DNA of 59,143 nt from IMG/VR virus record IMGVR_UViG_3300031589_000002, positions 1 through 59,143 of that record; one strand, given 5' to 3'. Numbering within the stretch: the stretch's first letter is position 1; the number at the start of each line of letters is the position of its first letter. Below are positions 8,430 through 15,811 of this stretch, piece by piece. The notes beneath the pieces are model-generated. The model saw only the letters and a program-made list of their open reading frames with translations, did no database searches and was not told the DNA's origin. The DNA is from a virus. Its lineage: Duplodnaviria; Caudoviricetes. The translations under genes were made by a program, and so were the position numbers.

Positions 8430-8465
8430 AATACGTTACAAACCATCTAAGATTGTGATAATATA
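8430..8465 (+). promoter_or_regulatory. Phage early promoter motif, copy 2
   Basis: AATACGTTACA-N14-GTGATAATATA. Confidence 0.85.
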
Positions 8466-8487
8466 AGTGTAATTAAAAATATAAACT

Positions 8488-8664
8488 ATGAGATTTCCAA
8501 ACACATTTACTACAGAAAACAAAATAACTTTTTACACACAAAGAAAAAGAGAAATGACTAAACAGTTTAATAAATTTTCTAAACTAAATAAAATAGAACA
8601 TTCTAATAAATTAAAGAAAGAAATAGAAATCTGTGAAGTAGAATTATTAAACTTAAATAAATAA
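8488..8664 (+). CDS. 58-aa early protein (not in ORF track)
   Basis: MRFPNTFTTENKITFYTQRKREM...; directly after promoter copy 2. Confidence 0.65.
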   Translation: MRFPNTFTTENKITFYTQRKREMTKQFNKFSKLNKIEHSNKLKKEIEICEVELLNLNK

Positions 8665-8668
8665 GAAT

Positions 8669-8770
8669 ATGAAAACAGAATACACTTTTGAAAGTTTAAA
8701 TGAGTGGAGTAATGGAGATTTAGTATGGTTAGTACTAGAAATGCAAGAAGAATTAAAAAATAAAATATAA
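8669..8770 (+). CDS. 33-aa early protein (not in track)
   Basis: MKTEYTFESLNEWSNGDLVWLVLEMQEELKNKI; shared TAAGAATATGA leader. Confidence 0.6.
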   Translation: MKTEYTFESLNEWSNGDLVWLVLEMQEELKNKI

Positions 8771-8774
8771 GAAT

Positions 8775-8921
8775 ATGAGAATGTTTAAAATAACTAAAGT
8801 ACAAACTTGGAATAAAAACGGAATCCCTACAAATTGGATTAAGTATATGAAAAGTGAAACAATTGAAAATGTAATAAAACATTTTGGAACTGAAAACATT
8901 TTGGAAGTAGAAGAAGTATAA
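8775..8921 (+). CDS. 48-aa early protein (not in track)
   Basis: MRMFKITKVQTWNKNGIPTNW...; shared TAAGAATATGA leader. Confidence 0.6.
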   Translation: MRMFKITKVQTWNKNGIPTNWIKYMKSETIENVIKHFGTENILEVEEV

Positions 8922-8936
8922 ATAAAATATAAGAAT

Positions 8937-9158
8937 ATGAAAGAATTAAAAGAATATATGGAAGCTAAGAAAAAAGCTAACGCTTTAAAGTGGATGAAAG
9001 TAAATGGCTTCAACACTATCCAAGGATTCACACAGAGCGAGTTTAATGAATCCGTTAAACAAATAAAGCGTAAGACCTCAACAACTAGAAGAAGTCACTC
9101 TAAAGGCAATTTATGGACTCACAATAATTTACCACAAATTAAGCAAGATATCTTATAA
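8937..9158 (+). CDS. Early basic hypothetical protein
   Basis: ORF track; shared leader. Confidence 0.7.
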   Translation: MKELKEYMEAKKKANALKWMKVNGFNTIQGFTQSEFNESVKQIKRKTSTTRRSHSKGNLWTHNNLPQIKQDIL

Positions 9159-9194
9159 AATACGTTACAAAGCAAAATAATAAGTGATAATATA
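9159..9194 (+). promoter_or_regulatory. Phage early promoter motif, copy 3
   Basis: AATACGTTACA-N14-GTGATAATATA, abutting the upstream stop codon. Confidence 0.85.
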
Positions 9195-9195
9195 A

Positions 9196-9333
9196 ATGAT
9201 GAAAATAAATAACCCATACAATAAAAAATTCGAACTATACCTAATAAAAAAAGGTTACAACCTCGACACAATAAGTTTAACCGAAAGCTTGCAACAATTA
9301 AAAATATATAATAAGAATGAAATACGCAATTAA
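9196..9333 (+). CDS. 45-aa early protein (not in track)
   Basis: MMKINNPYNKKFELYLIKKGYNLD...; part of a tightly tiled ORF chain. Confidence 0.45.
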   Translation: MMKINNPYNKKFELYLIKKGYNLDTISLTESLQQLKIYNKNEIRN

Positions 9334-9427
9334 ATACAACTTAGCAATAACGACTCCTAAAAAAAATGAAATGTGTAAATATTCAATATGGATTCCGTGC
9401 GAATGTGAAGAATGCAAAAGATATTAA
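9317..9427 (+). CDS. 36-aa Cys-rich early protein (not in track)
   Basis: MKYAIKYNLAITTPKKNEMCKYSIWIPCECEECKRY; stop adjacent to next ATG. Confidence 0.5.
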   Translation: MKYAIKYNLAITTPKKNEMCKYSIWIPCECEECKRY

Positions 9428-9556
9428 ATGAAGAAAAGAAAGAATACTAGAAAAACAATAGCAAAGCTAACACAAGAAAGAATAAAAGTTATTGAGCATG
9501 AATATTATGAAAGATATAATGCGAATATCCCCCAATGGCAACAAAATATGTACTAA
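9428..9556 (+). CDS. 42-aa early protein (not in track)
   Basis: MKKRKNTRKTIAKLTQERIKVIEHEYYERY...; tiles between neighbours. Confidence 0.55.
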   Translation: MKKRKNTRKTIAKLTQERIKVIEHEYYERYNANIPQWQQNMY

Positions 9557-9557
9557 T

Positions 9558-9761
9558 ATGACAAACACATGGATTTTTTACGGAGACTCGCAAGAAGGAA
9601 TAAGAACTTTGCACTATATTAAAGAATGCAAACGACCTGAAGCAACTAAAGAATATAAAGAAATGATGTTCTTGCTAGAAAATAATACTTACCATGTTAC
9701 TGGATATATGACTAGTAAAAAATGGAATGAAGAAAACCAATATACAAAAGTAATACAATGA
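9558..9761 (+). CDS. Early hypothetical protein (track 9492..9761; likely start 9558)
   Basis: In-frame ATG right after the upstream TAA. Confidence 0.65.
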   Translation: MTNTWIFYGDSQEGIRTLHYIKECKRPEATKEYKEMMFLLENNTYHVTGYMTSKKWNEENQYTKVIQ

Positions 9762-9880
9762 TAAAAACAGAAACCTGCAGTATGTGCAACGAGCTTTTAG
9801 GTGAAGAAGAAGAAAAGTATTTCACCTTTGCTGCACACGAAATGCCTTTATGTATGGAATGTATGCTAAAAGATTGGTAA
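9758..9880 (+). CDS. 40-aa zinc-finger microprotein (not in track)
   Basis: MIKTETCSMCNELLGEEEEKYFTFAAHEMPLCMECMLKDW with CxxC...CxxC; ATGA overlap. Confidence 0.65.
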   Translation: MIKTETCSMCNELLGEEEEKYFTFAAHEMPLCMECMLKDW

Positions 9881-9916
9881 AATACGTTACAAAGCAAACA
9901 CAAACGTGATAATATA
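9881..9916 (+). promoter_or_regulatory. Phage early promoter motif, copy 4
   Basis: AATACGTTACA-N14-GTGATAATATA. Confidence 0.85.
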
Positions 9917-9938
9917 ATTGAATAAAAAAAATAACAAT

Positions 9939-10280
9939 ATGGATTTATACTTAAGCTTAGAAAACAACGAGCTACGAAACTTACACGAAAACTTTACAGA
10001 TGAAGTATGGTTAGCCTTTCATCAAGGTGAAATAAACGACCAAGATGATTTTTATAACTACTTGCACGAATATATTGATAACGCAGTAATATATACTGCC
10101 TCCTGCGAATCAATACTAAGTGGTAATAGTGAATATCATTATGAAGACCACGATTTATATGGCAGACCAGATAATATATCTCAAGCTGCGTTTGCTTGCT
10201 TATATGATTATCTTACTGAAAACGACGACACTGTTGTTTGGTCGCAACTAGAAGAAGTACTAAATGAATCAATACAATAA
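9939..10280 (+). CDS. ocr: Ocr (T7 gp0.3)-like DNA-mimic antirestriction protein
   Basis: 113 aa with 25 D/E, 2 R and 0 K. EINDQDDFYNYLHEYIDNAV.Y.A...S....ED..L........A.LYDYLT aligns by eye with T7 Ocr [25 protein letters not shown]...ED..L...ARIYEQLT (recalled sequence). Confidence 0.7.
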   Translation: MDLYLSLENNELRNLHENFTDEVWLAFHQGEINDQDDFYNYLHEYIDNAVIYTASCESILSGNSEYHYEDHDLYGRPDNISQAAFACLYDYLTENDDTVVWSQLEEVLNESIQ

Positions 10281-10281
10281 T

Positions 10282-10626
10282 ATGACAACATTACAAAAAT
10301 TTGAAGAAGTAGCAAACATTAAGTTTGTAGAACAAAATAGTAACCTTGAAATTGGTACACTACAAACAGCTGATGGCTATGACGTATATTACATTGCTGC
10401 TGATTTACACAACTTAAATTGGGAAAACGAAGTGTACTACTATCAACCAGATTTCGATGCAATTATGAGTGCTATAGACGAACACAGGTTTAATAGCGAA
10501 TTGCTAACAATTTCATGTTATGATGTTGAAGACTACTTTGACGAGTACTATCTGCTTGATTATATACAAGATAACATAGACGAAGATGAGTTTGAAAAAT
10601 TCAGTAATACGTTACAAACTAATTAA
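10282..10626 (+). CDS. Highly acidic early protein (second DNA-mimic candidate)
   Basis: 114 aa, 26 D/E versus 4 K/R, Tyr-rich; directly follows the ocr-like gene. Confidence 0.7.
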   Translation: MTTLQKFEEVANIKFVEQNSNLEIGTLQTADGYDVYYIAADLHNLNWENEVYYYQPDFDAIMSAIDEHRFNSELLTISCYDVEDYFDEYYLLDYIQDNIDEDEFEKFSNTLQTN

Positions 10627-10641
10627 TAACGTGATAATATA
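10606..10641 (+). promoter_or_regulatory. Phage early promoter motif, copy 5
   Basis: AATACGTTACA-N14-GTGATAATATA; the downstream ~18 nt are also identical to copy 4. Confidence 0.85.
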
Positions 10642-10660
10642 ATTGAATAAAAAAAATAAT

Positions 10661-10852
10661 ATGGAAATAAATACAAGTATAACAAAAATAGCAATGAAAT
10701 GTGCTGAACGTACCACCGACTTTGTACTCAACGAGCTTGACGAAATTGTAACATGGCAAATGAGCGACAACGATTTAACTGGCGACGACTTTGAATTGGC
10801 TAAAAGTTTAGCAATCAAAACTATAATTGAAAACATTTACAAAAGAATATAA
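10661..10852 (+). CDS. Acidic early hypothetical protein
   Basis: Track 10643..10852; likely ATG at 10661. Confidence 0.65.
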   Translation: MEINTSITKIAMKCAERTTDFVLNELDEIVTWQMSDNDLTGDDFELAKSLAIKTIIENIYKRI

Positions 10853-10853
10853 T

Positions 10854-11147
10854 ATGAATGATAAACAAATACACGAGCGTGCTATACACAAAGCTGAATC
10901 TCAAATAAGCTTTATTAAGCTTGAAATGAACGCTTTAGAGCGCGAAGTTCCCTATATGAGTTACACTATAGAAATGATCGAAGGCCAACAAGCTTTTAAA
11001 ATTAAAGAGCTTGATACATGGAGATATATTTTAGATTGTGTTAAAATAGTAGAAACCAAAAGAATGATTGAAGAAGAAAAATACATTAGATCCGGAATGA
11101 CCAATGTTGAGTTATTACAGTCATTAGCAGATTTAAACGCAAAATAA
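10854..11147 (+). CDS. Early hypothetical protein
   Basis: Track 10827..11147; ATG at 10854 follows the upstream TAA. Confidence 0.65.
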   Translation: MNDKQIHERAIHKAESQISFIKLEMNALEREVPYMSYTIEMIEGQQAFKIKELDTWRYILDCVKIVETKRMIEEEKYIRSGMTNVELLQSLADLNAK

Positions 11148-11152
11148 ATATA

Positions 11153-11228
11153 ATAAGAAAATTCAATTTACAATACAATACATTTTTAATATGATAAGAA
11201 AATTCAATTTACAATACAATACATTTTT
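11153..11228 (+). repeat. Tandem 35-bp direct repeat (period 41)
   Basis: ATAAGAAAATTCAATTTACAATACAATACATTTTT at 11153-11187 and 11194-11228. Confidence 0.9.
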
Positions 11229-11252
11229 CAAAAGAAAAAAATTAAACAGATA

Positions 11253-11288
11253 AATACGTTACAAATGAATTACATAAGTGATAATATA
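11253..11288 (+). promoter_or_regulatory. Phage early promoter motif, copy 6
   Basis: AATACGTTACA-N14-GTGATAATATA. Confidence 0.85.
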
Positions 11289-11328
11289 ACTGAAGAAATT
11301 AACGAAATGTTTTTAACATTCGCAAATT

Positions 11329-11523
11329 ATGAAGATAAATAAAAAAAATATAACCGCAATATTAAATAAACCAATGGGTAAATTACTAGTAACATATAAA
11401 GGAAAAACACACGAATATCTAGTTAACACACAAGTCGAGCCCCATGTTGTTGACGACACAATTGAAATGATATTAAAAGCTTTTCCATCTGATGTTCCTG
11501 TTGACTTCCAAGAAATGTGGTAA
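11329..11523 (+). CDS. Early hypothetical protein
   Basis: ORF track; flanked by promoter copies 6 and 7. Confidence 0.7.
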   Translation: MKINKKNITAILNKPMGKLLVTYKGKTHEYLVNTQVEPHVVDDTIEMILKAFPSDVPVDFQEMW

Positions 11524-11524
11524 T

Positions 11525-11560
11525 AATACGTTACAAATAAAATATATAAGTGATAATGAA
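11525..11560 (+). promoter_or_regulatory. Phage early promoter motif, copy 7
   Basis: AATACGTTACA-N14-GTGATAATGAA (2 mismatches at the 3' end). Confidence 0.75.
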
Positions 11561-11870
11561 AGTGAATAAAATAACATTCAGCCAAATAAAATTACGATGG
11601 CAAATACAACAAATGACCTCAGCCTATATACATGCAGAGCAACAGATAATAAAAAAGTTAGCTGATGGCATTGATATTACCGGAGCGAATGAAATTATAC
11701 AAGAAGTACAACAAAATGCAAAAACAATAACACCTAAAGATAAAATAAAAGAAAAGCTTGATGCTCTTAAAATACAAGGCAATAAGTTATTAGAACAAGA
11801 AAAATACGAATTATTTATAGAACTAAAAGAAATATATGAAAAATACAAACAAGAATATGACAGACTTTAA
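11550..11870 (+). CDS. Helical protein with weak UVR-domain-like C-terminus (start may be 11613)
   Basis: KLDALKIQGNKLLEQEKYELFIELKEIY resembles the UVR motif; the annotated start overlaps promoter copy 7. Confidence 0.55.
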   Translation: MIMKVNKITFSQIKLRWQIQQMTSAYIHAEQQIIKKLADGIDITGANEIIQEVQQNAKTITPKDKIKEKLDALKIQGNKLLEQEKYELFIELKEIYEKYKQEYDRL

Positions 11871-12699
11871 AGTAATGCTAGCAAAGCCAGTAGCAAGCGA
11901 AATCAGCTGGCCTAACACACATTTTGTACAACCTAAGCTTGACGGCGTACGTTGTTATATTAATCAACATGGTGCGTTCTCACGCAACCACAAACCATTC
12001 TACAATGCTAAACATGTACTCACTGAGCTTAAGCCTTTCTTCGCAGCCAATCCTCATATTACTCTTGACGGCGAACTTTATAATCATAAGTATCGGGATA
12101 ACTTTAATAAAATCATCTCGCTCGTCCGCAAACAAAAGCCAACCCAAGCTGACAAGTTCGAGTCGGCTAGTTCTTTACAATTCCACTGCTACGACCTTTT
12201 CGATAGCAAACAACCAAGCTTATCGTTTATCGACCGTACGCTTCAAATAACTAGCTATCAAAGTTTATACAAATGGCGTTCTATTCAACTTGTTGATACG
12301 CAAGTTGTATTCAGCGATAAAGATGTTCAAAAGTTTCACAAACAAAATAAACAAAACAAATATGAAGGCTCAATGCTACGCAACAACAACTCTTACGACC
12401 AACGACGATCAAACAACTTACAAAAAGTCAAAGACTGGTCAGACACTGAGATTACGATTACTGGCTTCGTCGAAGGTAAAGGCAAGTTCAAAAGCGGTCT
12501 TGGTAAATTCCTCGGTGTTGATTCAGACAATCGAGTAGTTGAAGTGCCTTGGCCTACTCTTACAATACAACAACGTAAAGATATATGGGCTACGCGTGAC
12601 GACCTTATTAATAAACAACTAACCTTCGAATACTTCGAGCGTACACCATCCGGTGCATATCGTTTTCCTCGAGCTAAAGCAATGCGTAATTATGAATAG
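11857..12699 (+). CDS. lig: ATP-dependent DNA ligase
   Basis: Motif I QPKLDGVRC, III LDGELY, IIIa FHCYDLF, IV EGSMLR, V LQKVK, and C-terminal OB fold ending RFPR. Confidence 0.93.
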   Translation: MTDFKVMLAKPVASEISWPNTHFVQPKLDGVRCYINQHGAFSRNHKPFYNAKHVLTELKPFFAANPHITLDGELYNHKYRDNFNKIISLVRKQKPTQADKFESASSLQFHCYDLFDSKQPSLSFIDRTLQITSYQSLYKWRSIQLVDTQVVFSDKDVQKFHKQNKQNKYEGSMLRNNNSYDQRRSNNLQKVKDWSDTEITITGFVEGKGKFKSGLGKFLGVDSDNRVVEVPWPTLTIQQRKDIWATRDDLINKQLTFEYFERTPSGAYRFPRAKAMRNYE

Positions 12700-12796
12700 A
12701 TCACTAGTAGATAGTGCATGGAATTGTGTGTGCGGCGCACTAAATGCTGGCAACCTTTTATTCTGTGCTAAATGTAATAAAGAAAAAAATGCGTAG
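12692..12796 (+). CDS. 34-aa RanBP2-type zinc-finger microprotein (not in track)
   Basis: MNRSLVDSAWNCVCGALNAGNLLFCAKCNKEKNA = W-x-C-x-C-x3-N-x6-C-x2-C. Confidence 0.65.
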   Translation: MNRSLVDSAWNCVCGALNAGNLLFCAKCNKEKNA

Positions 12797-12878
12797 ATTA
12801 TTATTTAACATGACTCTTGCTAATGAGATTAGTGAAGAAGCAATGCATAAAATATTAGATATTTATTATGGCAGGTAA
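12789..12878 (+). CDS. 29-aa hypothetical (not in track)
   Basis: MRRLLFNMTLANEISEEAMHKILDIYYGR; overlaps both neighbours. Confidence 0.45.
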   Translation: MRRLLFNMTLANEISEEAMHKILDIYYGR

Positions 12879-13011
12879 TAAATATAACTATACAGAATCC
12901 ACCCAACCTAAGATGCTATACACATTGCAGTACACTGGTGCTCAAGGCGATATAGTATCTTTAACGGGTGACTATAAACAAATTATCAATCACATTTTAA
13001 AAACAATTTAA
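12868..13011 (+). CDS. 47-aa hypothetical (not in track)
   Basis: MAGNKYNYTESTQPKMLYTLQYTGAQGD...; TAATG coupling to the next ORF. Confidence 0.5.
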   Translation: MAGNKYNYTESTQPKMLYTLQYTGAQGDIVSLTGDYKQIINHILKTI

Positions 13012-13142
13012 TGAGCTACAAAATATACAACCATTTAGTTTCTAGTAACGAAAAAGTAAGTAAAACAATTAAAGACTTTAGAAAAAATGATAGTAAAAAT
13101 AGGAAACCTAAAAGTGTATTGCACTCGAAAACGAGATCATAA
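13011..13142 (+). CDS. 43-aa basic hypothetical (not in track)
   Basis: MSYKIYNHLVSSNEKVSKTIKDFRK... Confidence 0.35.
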   Translation: MSYKIYNHLVSSNEKVSKTIKDFRKNDSKNRKPKSVLHSKTRS

Positions 13143-13299
13143 GTCTTATCTTTTTCGCAGAATAATGGAATTAAGAACTGAAGTTATTGATGAAGTATTA
13201 ATTGGTACACAAAATAATAGAATACCTGTTAAGCTTTTAAAAGAAAAAGCAAGACTTATTAGAAAGTACAGTAGAAGATTAAAATTAATAAATATATGA
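13087..13299 (+). CDS. Basic hypothetical protein
   Basis: ORF track; ATGA overlap with the sigma gene. Confidence 0.6.
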   Translation: MIVKIGNLKVYCTRKRDHKSYLFRRIMELRTEVIDEVLIGTQNNRIPVKLLKEKARLIRKYSRRLKLINI

Positions 13300-14027
13300 A
13301 GTGGTACAGCCATTCAACATACAAACAACATTTAAAGAGTCTTGATATATATGAAAGAATTGACGCAATAAAAGCTCCCTATATAGAGTGGCCTAAGTCG
13401 TTAGCAAACATATTTGAAAGATCTTACCCGAGGGTAGGTGTACTTGACCTTACTGATTTAATTCAGGAAGGTTATGTATCTTTTTATAAAGCATGGAATA
13501 AGTTAGATTGGGAACTTATAAATTCTAGAGCAGAAACAGAAAAACCTGGTATAATTACAAACTATTTAAAATTGAACATCAAAAACGGAATTAGAAGAGC
13601 CATAGCTCGCGATAGAGACACTATTAGAATTCCCGAGGCTTATTACACTACTAGCCCACACGGAGACGCCCACGGAGGTAAATATGATAATAACTATCAA
13701 ACAGATATTTTTTTAACACAAACATTTTCATCATTTTTTAACCAATATTATTTAGATGTTGCCGATGAACCTTATAACTACGACCAAGAGCTGCTAAACG
13801 ACTTCTTACATACAGTTATGGACAATGAACTTAAAGGACAAGAGAAACAAGTTTTATGTGCATTTTTTGGTATAGACGAACCTTATGATAAGAAAGCATC
13901 GGTATCTAAAATAGCCGAACGGTTTCATAGATCTGAAATATGGGTTAAGAAAATAAAAGCTAACGCTTTGAAAAAGATGACAAAACCACACGTTAAAGAA
14001 ATAATTGAAAAATACTTGGAAGAATAG
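13296..14027 (+). CDS. Phage-encoded sigma70-family RNA polymerase sigma factor
   Basis: Region 2 DLIQEG and IRRAIARDRDTIRIP (cf. RpoD ITRSIADQARTIRIP); region 4 L...EKQVL..FFGI...S..KIAERF..SEIWVKKIKANALKKM. Confidence 0.88.
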   Translation: MKWYSHSTYKQHLKSLDIYERIDAIKAPYIEWPKSLANIFERSYPRVGVLDLTDLIQEGYVSFYKAWNKLDWELINSRAETEKPGIITNYLKLNIKNGIRRAIARDRDTIRIPEAYYTTSPHGDAHGGKYDNNYQTDIFLTQTFSSFFNQYYLDVADEPYNYDQELLNDFLHTVMDNELKGQEKQVLCAFFGIDEPYDKKASVSKIAERFHRSEIWVKKIKANALKKMTKPHVKEIIEKYLEE

Positions 14028-14060
14028 TATACTTTTTCCTTTTTTTATGTAATATATATT
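14027..14060 (+). promoter_or_regulatory. Candidate middle promoter just downstream of the sigma gene
   Basis: GTATAC-N17-TAATAT (ATGTAATATAT); shares TAATAT with the early motif but has a different upstream element. Single copy. Confidence 0.3.
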
Positions 14061-14074
14061 ATAACTAAATACTT

Positions 14075-14326
14075 ATGAATACACATACAAATGTAGACTA
14101 CGACATCGAAGATGACTCTATAGACAGAGGTGATGCGACAAATACAACTGAGGGCTTAAGTTACTATAACATAGACCTTAAAGATAGTCCTTCGGACATT
14201 GAAACCTTAAACATAAAGGTTGAGCAAGACTATCATAATTCGTACTATAATACTAGAACAAAGTCTTATGGTTCAAGAACAATTAAACTCGCTAATAAGG
14301 ATTGGCACAAATTAAATAAAGTATGA
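14075..14326 (+). CDS. Hypothetical protein
   Basis: ORF track; ATGA overlap with erf. Confidence 0.7.
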   Translation: MNTHTNVDYDIEDDSIDRGDATNTTEGLSYYNIDLKDSPSDIETLNIKVEQDYHNSYYNTRTKSYGSRTIKLANKDWHKLNKV

Positions 14327-14898
14327 AACTACACGAAAAATTAAGTTTAATCCAATCGGAATTTAAAGCAAAAAAATCGCGCTTTAATAATTTCGGTAAG
14401 TACAACTTCCGGTCTGCTGAAGACATATTGGAAGCATTGAAACCTTTTAATAAACAGCATGGTGTTTATTTTACCGTAAGTGAAAGAATTGTAGTTGCAG
14501 ATACAGAGTTTCCTATTATGGAATCAATTGCAACTATATCTGACGGTACGGATGCTATACAAGCTATAGCTATTGTAGGTGTTGATTTAGCTCAGAAGGG
14601 TATGCAAATGCCTCAAAAGTTTGGTAGCGCATCTAGTTATGGTAAAAAATATAGTTTAGGAAATTTACTATTAATTGATGATACTGCAGACGCTGACGCT
14701 ACTAATAGTCATGGTAAAGGCGCTATTAACAGAACAATACCAGGAAGCGGTAATGCTTTTGGAAAAACAAAACCAGAAATTACAGATGCAAACATTGATA
14801 AAGCTAAAAAGTTTTTAGCTAATGGTGGTAAAGTAGAAACCTTACAGCAAACATATTTAATGAGTGCTGATATATTAAATAAATTAAAGAATGGATAA
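14323..14898 (+). CDS. erf: ERF-family single-strand annealing protein
   Basis: FGKYNFRSAEDILEALKP and QKFGSASSYGKKYSLGNLLLIDDTADADA (ERF signature). Confidence 0.88.
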   Translation: MKLHEKLSLIQSEFKAKKSRFNNFGKYNFRSAEDILEALKPFNKQHGVYFTVSERIVVADTEFPIMESIATISDGTDAIQAIAIVGVDLAQKGMQMPQKFGSASSYGKKYSLGNLLLIDDTADADATNSHGKGAINRTIPGSGNAFGKTKPEITDANIDKAKKFLANGGKVETLQQTYLMSADILNKLKNG

Positions 14899-15622
14899 AC
14901 AAGAGATATTAGACAAACTGCGTGATGATAATCATTATTACGGTGAATTCGGTAAAACTTATTTAAGTAACAGTGACATTATGGCGTTGTTAAATAATCC
15001 TCTTGATTTCAAGAAGCAGTCGCCTCCTACAACACCTATGGTTATTGGAGGTTACTTTCACACATGCATCCTTGAGCCTCATAAGCTTGACAAGTACAAA
15101 ATAGTTAAAGCATCAACACGTAATACGAAAGTTTACAAAGAAATCGCAGGTAGCGACATCTGTCTTTTAGAAAAAGAAGCGGACGACATACAGTTAATGC
15201 GAGAAATTGTATTAGAGAATGAATTGTTTCAAGATCTTATACAAGAAGGTAATGTTGAATATGAAGTACCTGGCTTAGTAGAGCTTGAGGGTATGACGTG
15301 GAAAGGTAAGGCTGATATCGTTAACCACACTCACCAATTGGTTATAGATTTAAAAACAACAGGTGATATTAATAAATTTACTAATTCCGCTTATCGTTTT
15401 AATTACGATAGCCAAGCATATATTTATTCAAAAATGTTTGGGTACGATTTAGTTTTTATAGTTATTGACAAAAAGACTCATCAGTTAGGTCTGTTTGACT
15501 GTAGCGATAAATTTATTCAATCTGGTATGAATAAAGTTTCAAGTGCAGTGCAAATCTATGAAGATTACTTTGTTAATGGCGACGGCGATTTTAGCCAACA
15601 TTATATATCGAAAACACTTTAA
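14891..15622 (+). CDS. PD-(D/E)xK exonuclease, RecE/exonuclease VIII-like
   Basis: LSNSDI, G..FHTCILEP, KGKADIV, IDLKTT, YDSQAYIY motifs; next to erf. Confidence 0.85.
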   Translation: MDKQEILDKLRDDNHYYGEFGKTYLSNSDIMALLNNPLDFKKQSPPTTPMVIGGYFHTCILEPHKLDKYKIVKASTRNTKVYKEIAGSDICLLEKEADDIQLMREIVLENELFQDLIQEGNVEYEVPGLVELEGMTWKGKADIVNHTHQLVIDLKTTGDINKFTNSAYRFNYDSQAYIYSKMFGYDLVFIVIDKKTHQLGLFDCSDKFIQSGMNKVSSAVQIYEDYFVNGDGDFSQHYISKTL

Positions 15623-15643
15623 TACTAATTTAAATTTAATTTT

Positions 15644-15811
15644 ATGGCAAGAACAAGAAAAAGAACTTGTGACGTTACAGGAGTAACTACAAGTATGAAC
15701 AATTTTTACAGCAACCAATCACATGTTAAAGCTGTAGATAATCTACGTAGATCAAGTGGAGCTACGAAAAAACAAATGCGTACAATGTTTAACAATTTAA
15801 CAACTTACTAA
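15644..15811 (+). CDS. 55-aa basic hypothetical (not in track)
   Basis: MARTRKRTCDVTGVTTSMNNFYSNQSHVKAVDNLRR...; TAATG coupling to the SSB gene. Confidence 0.7.
   Translation: MARTRKRTCDVTGVTTSMNNFYSNQSHVKAVDNLRRSSGATKKQMRTMFNNLTTY

Noticed and set aside
8051-11560. CRISPR array or attC integron interpretation of the repeats
   Set aside because: Repeats are bipartite with variable middles, irregularly spaced by whole genes and non-palindromic; no cas or integrase gene.
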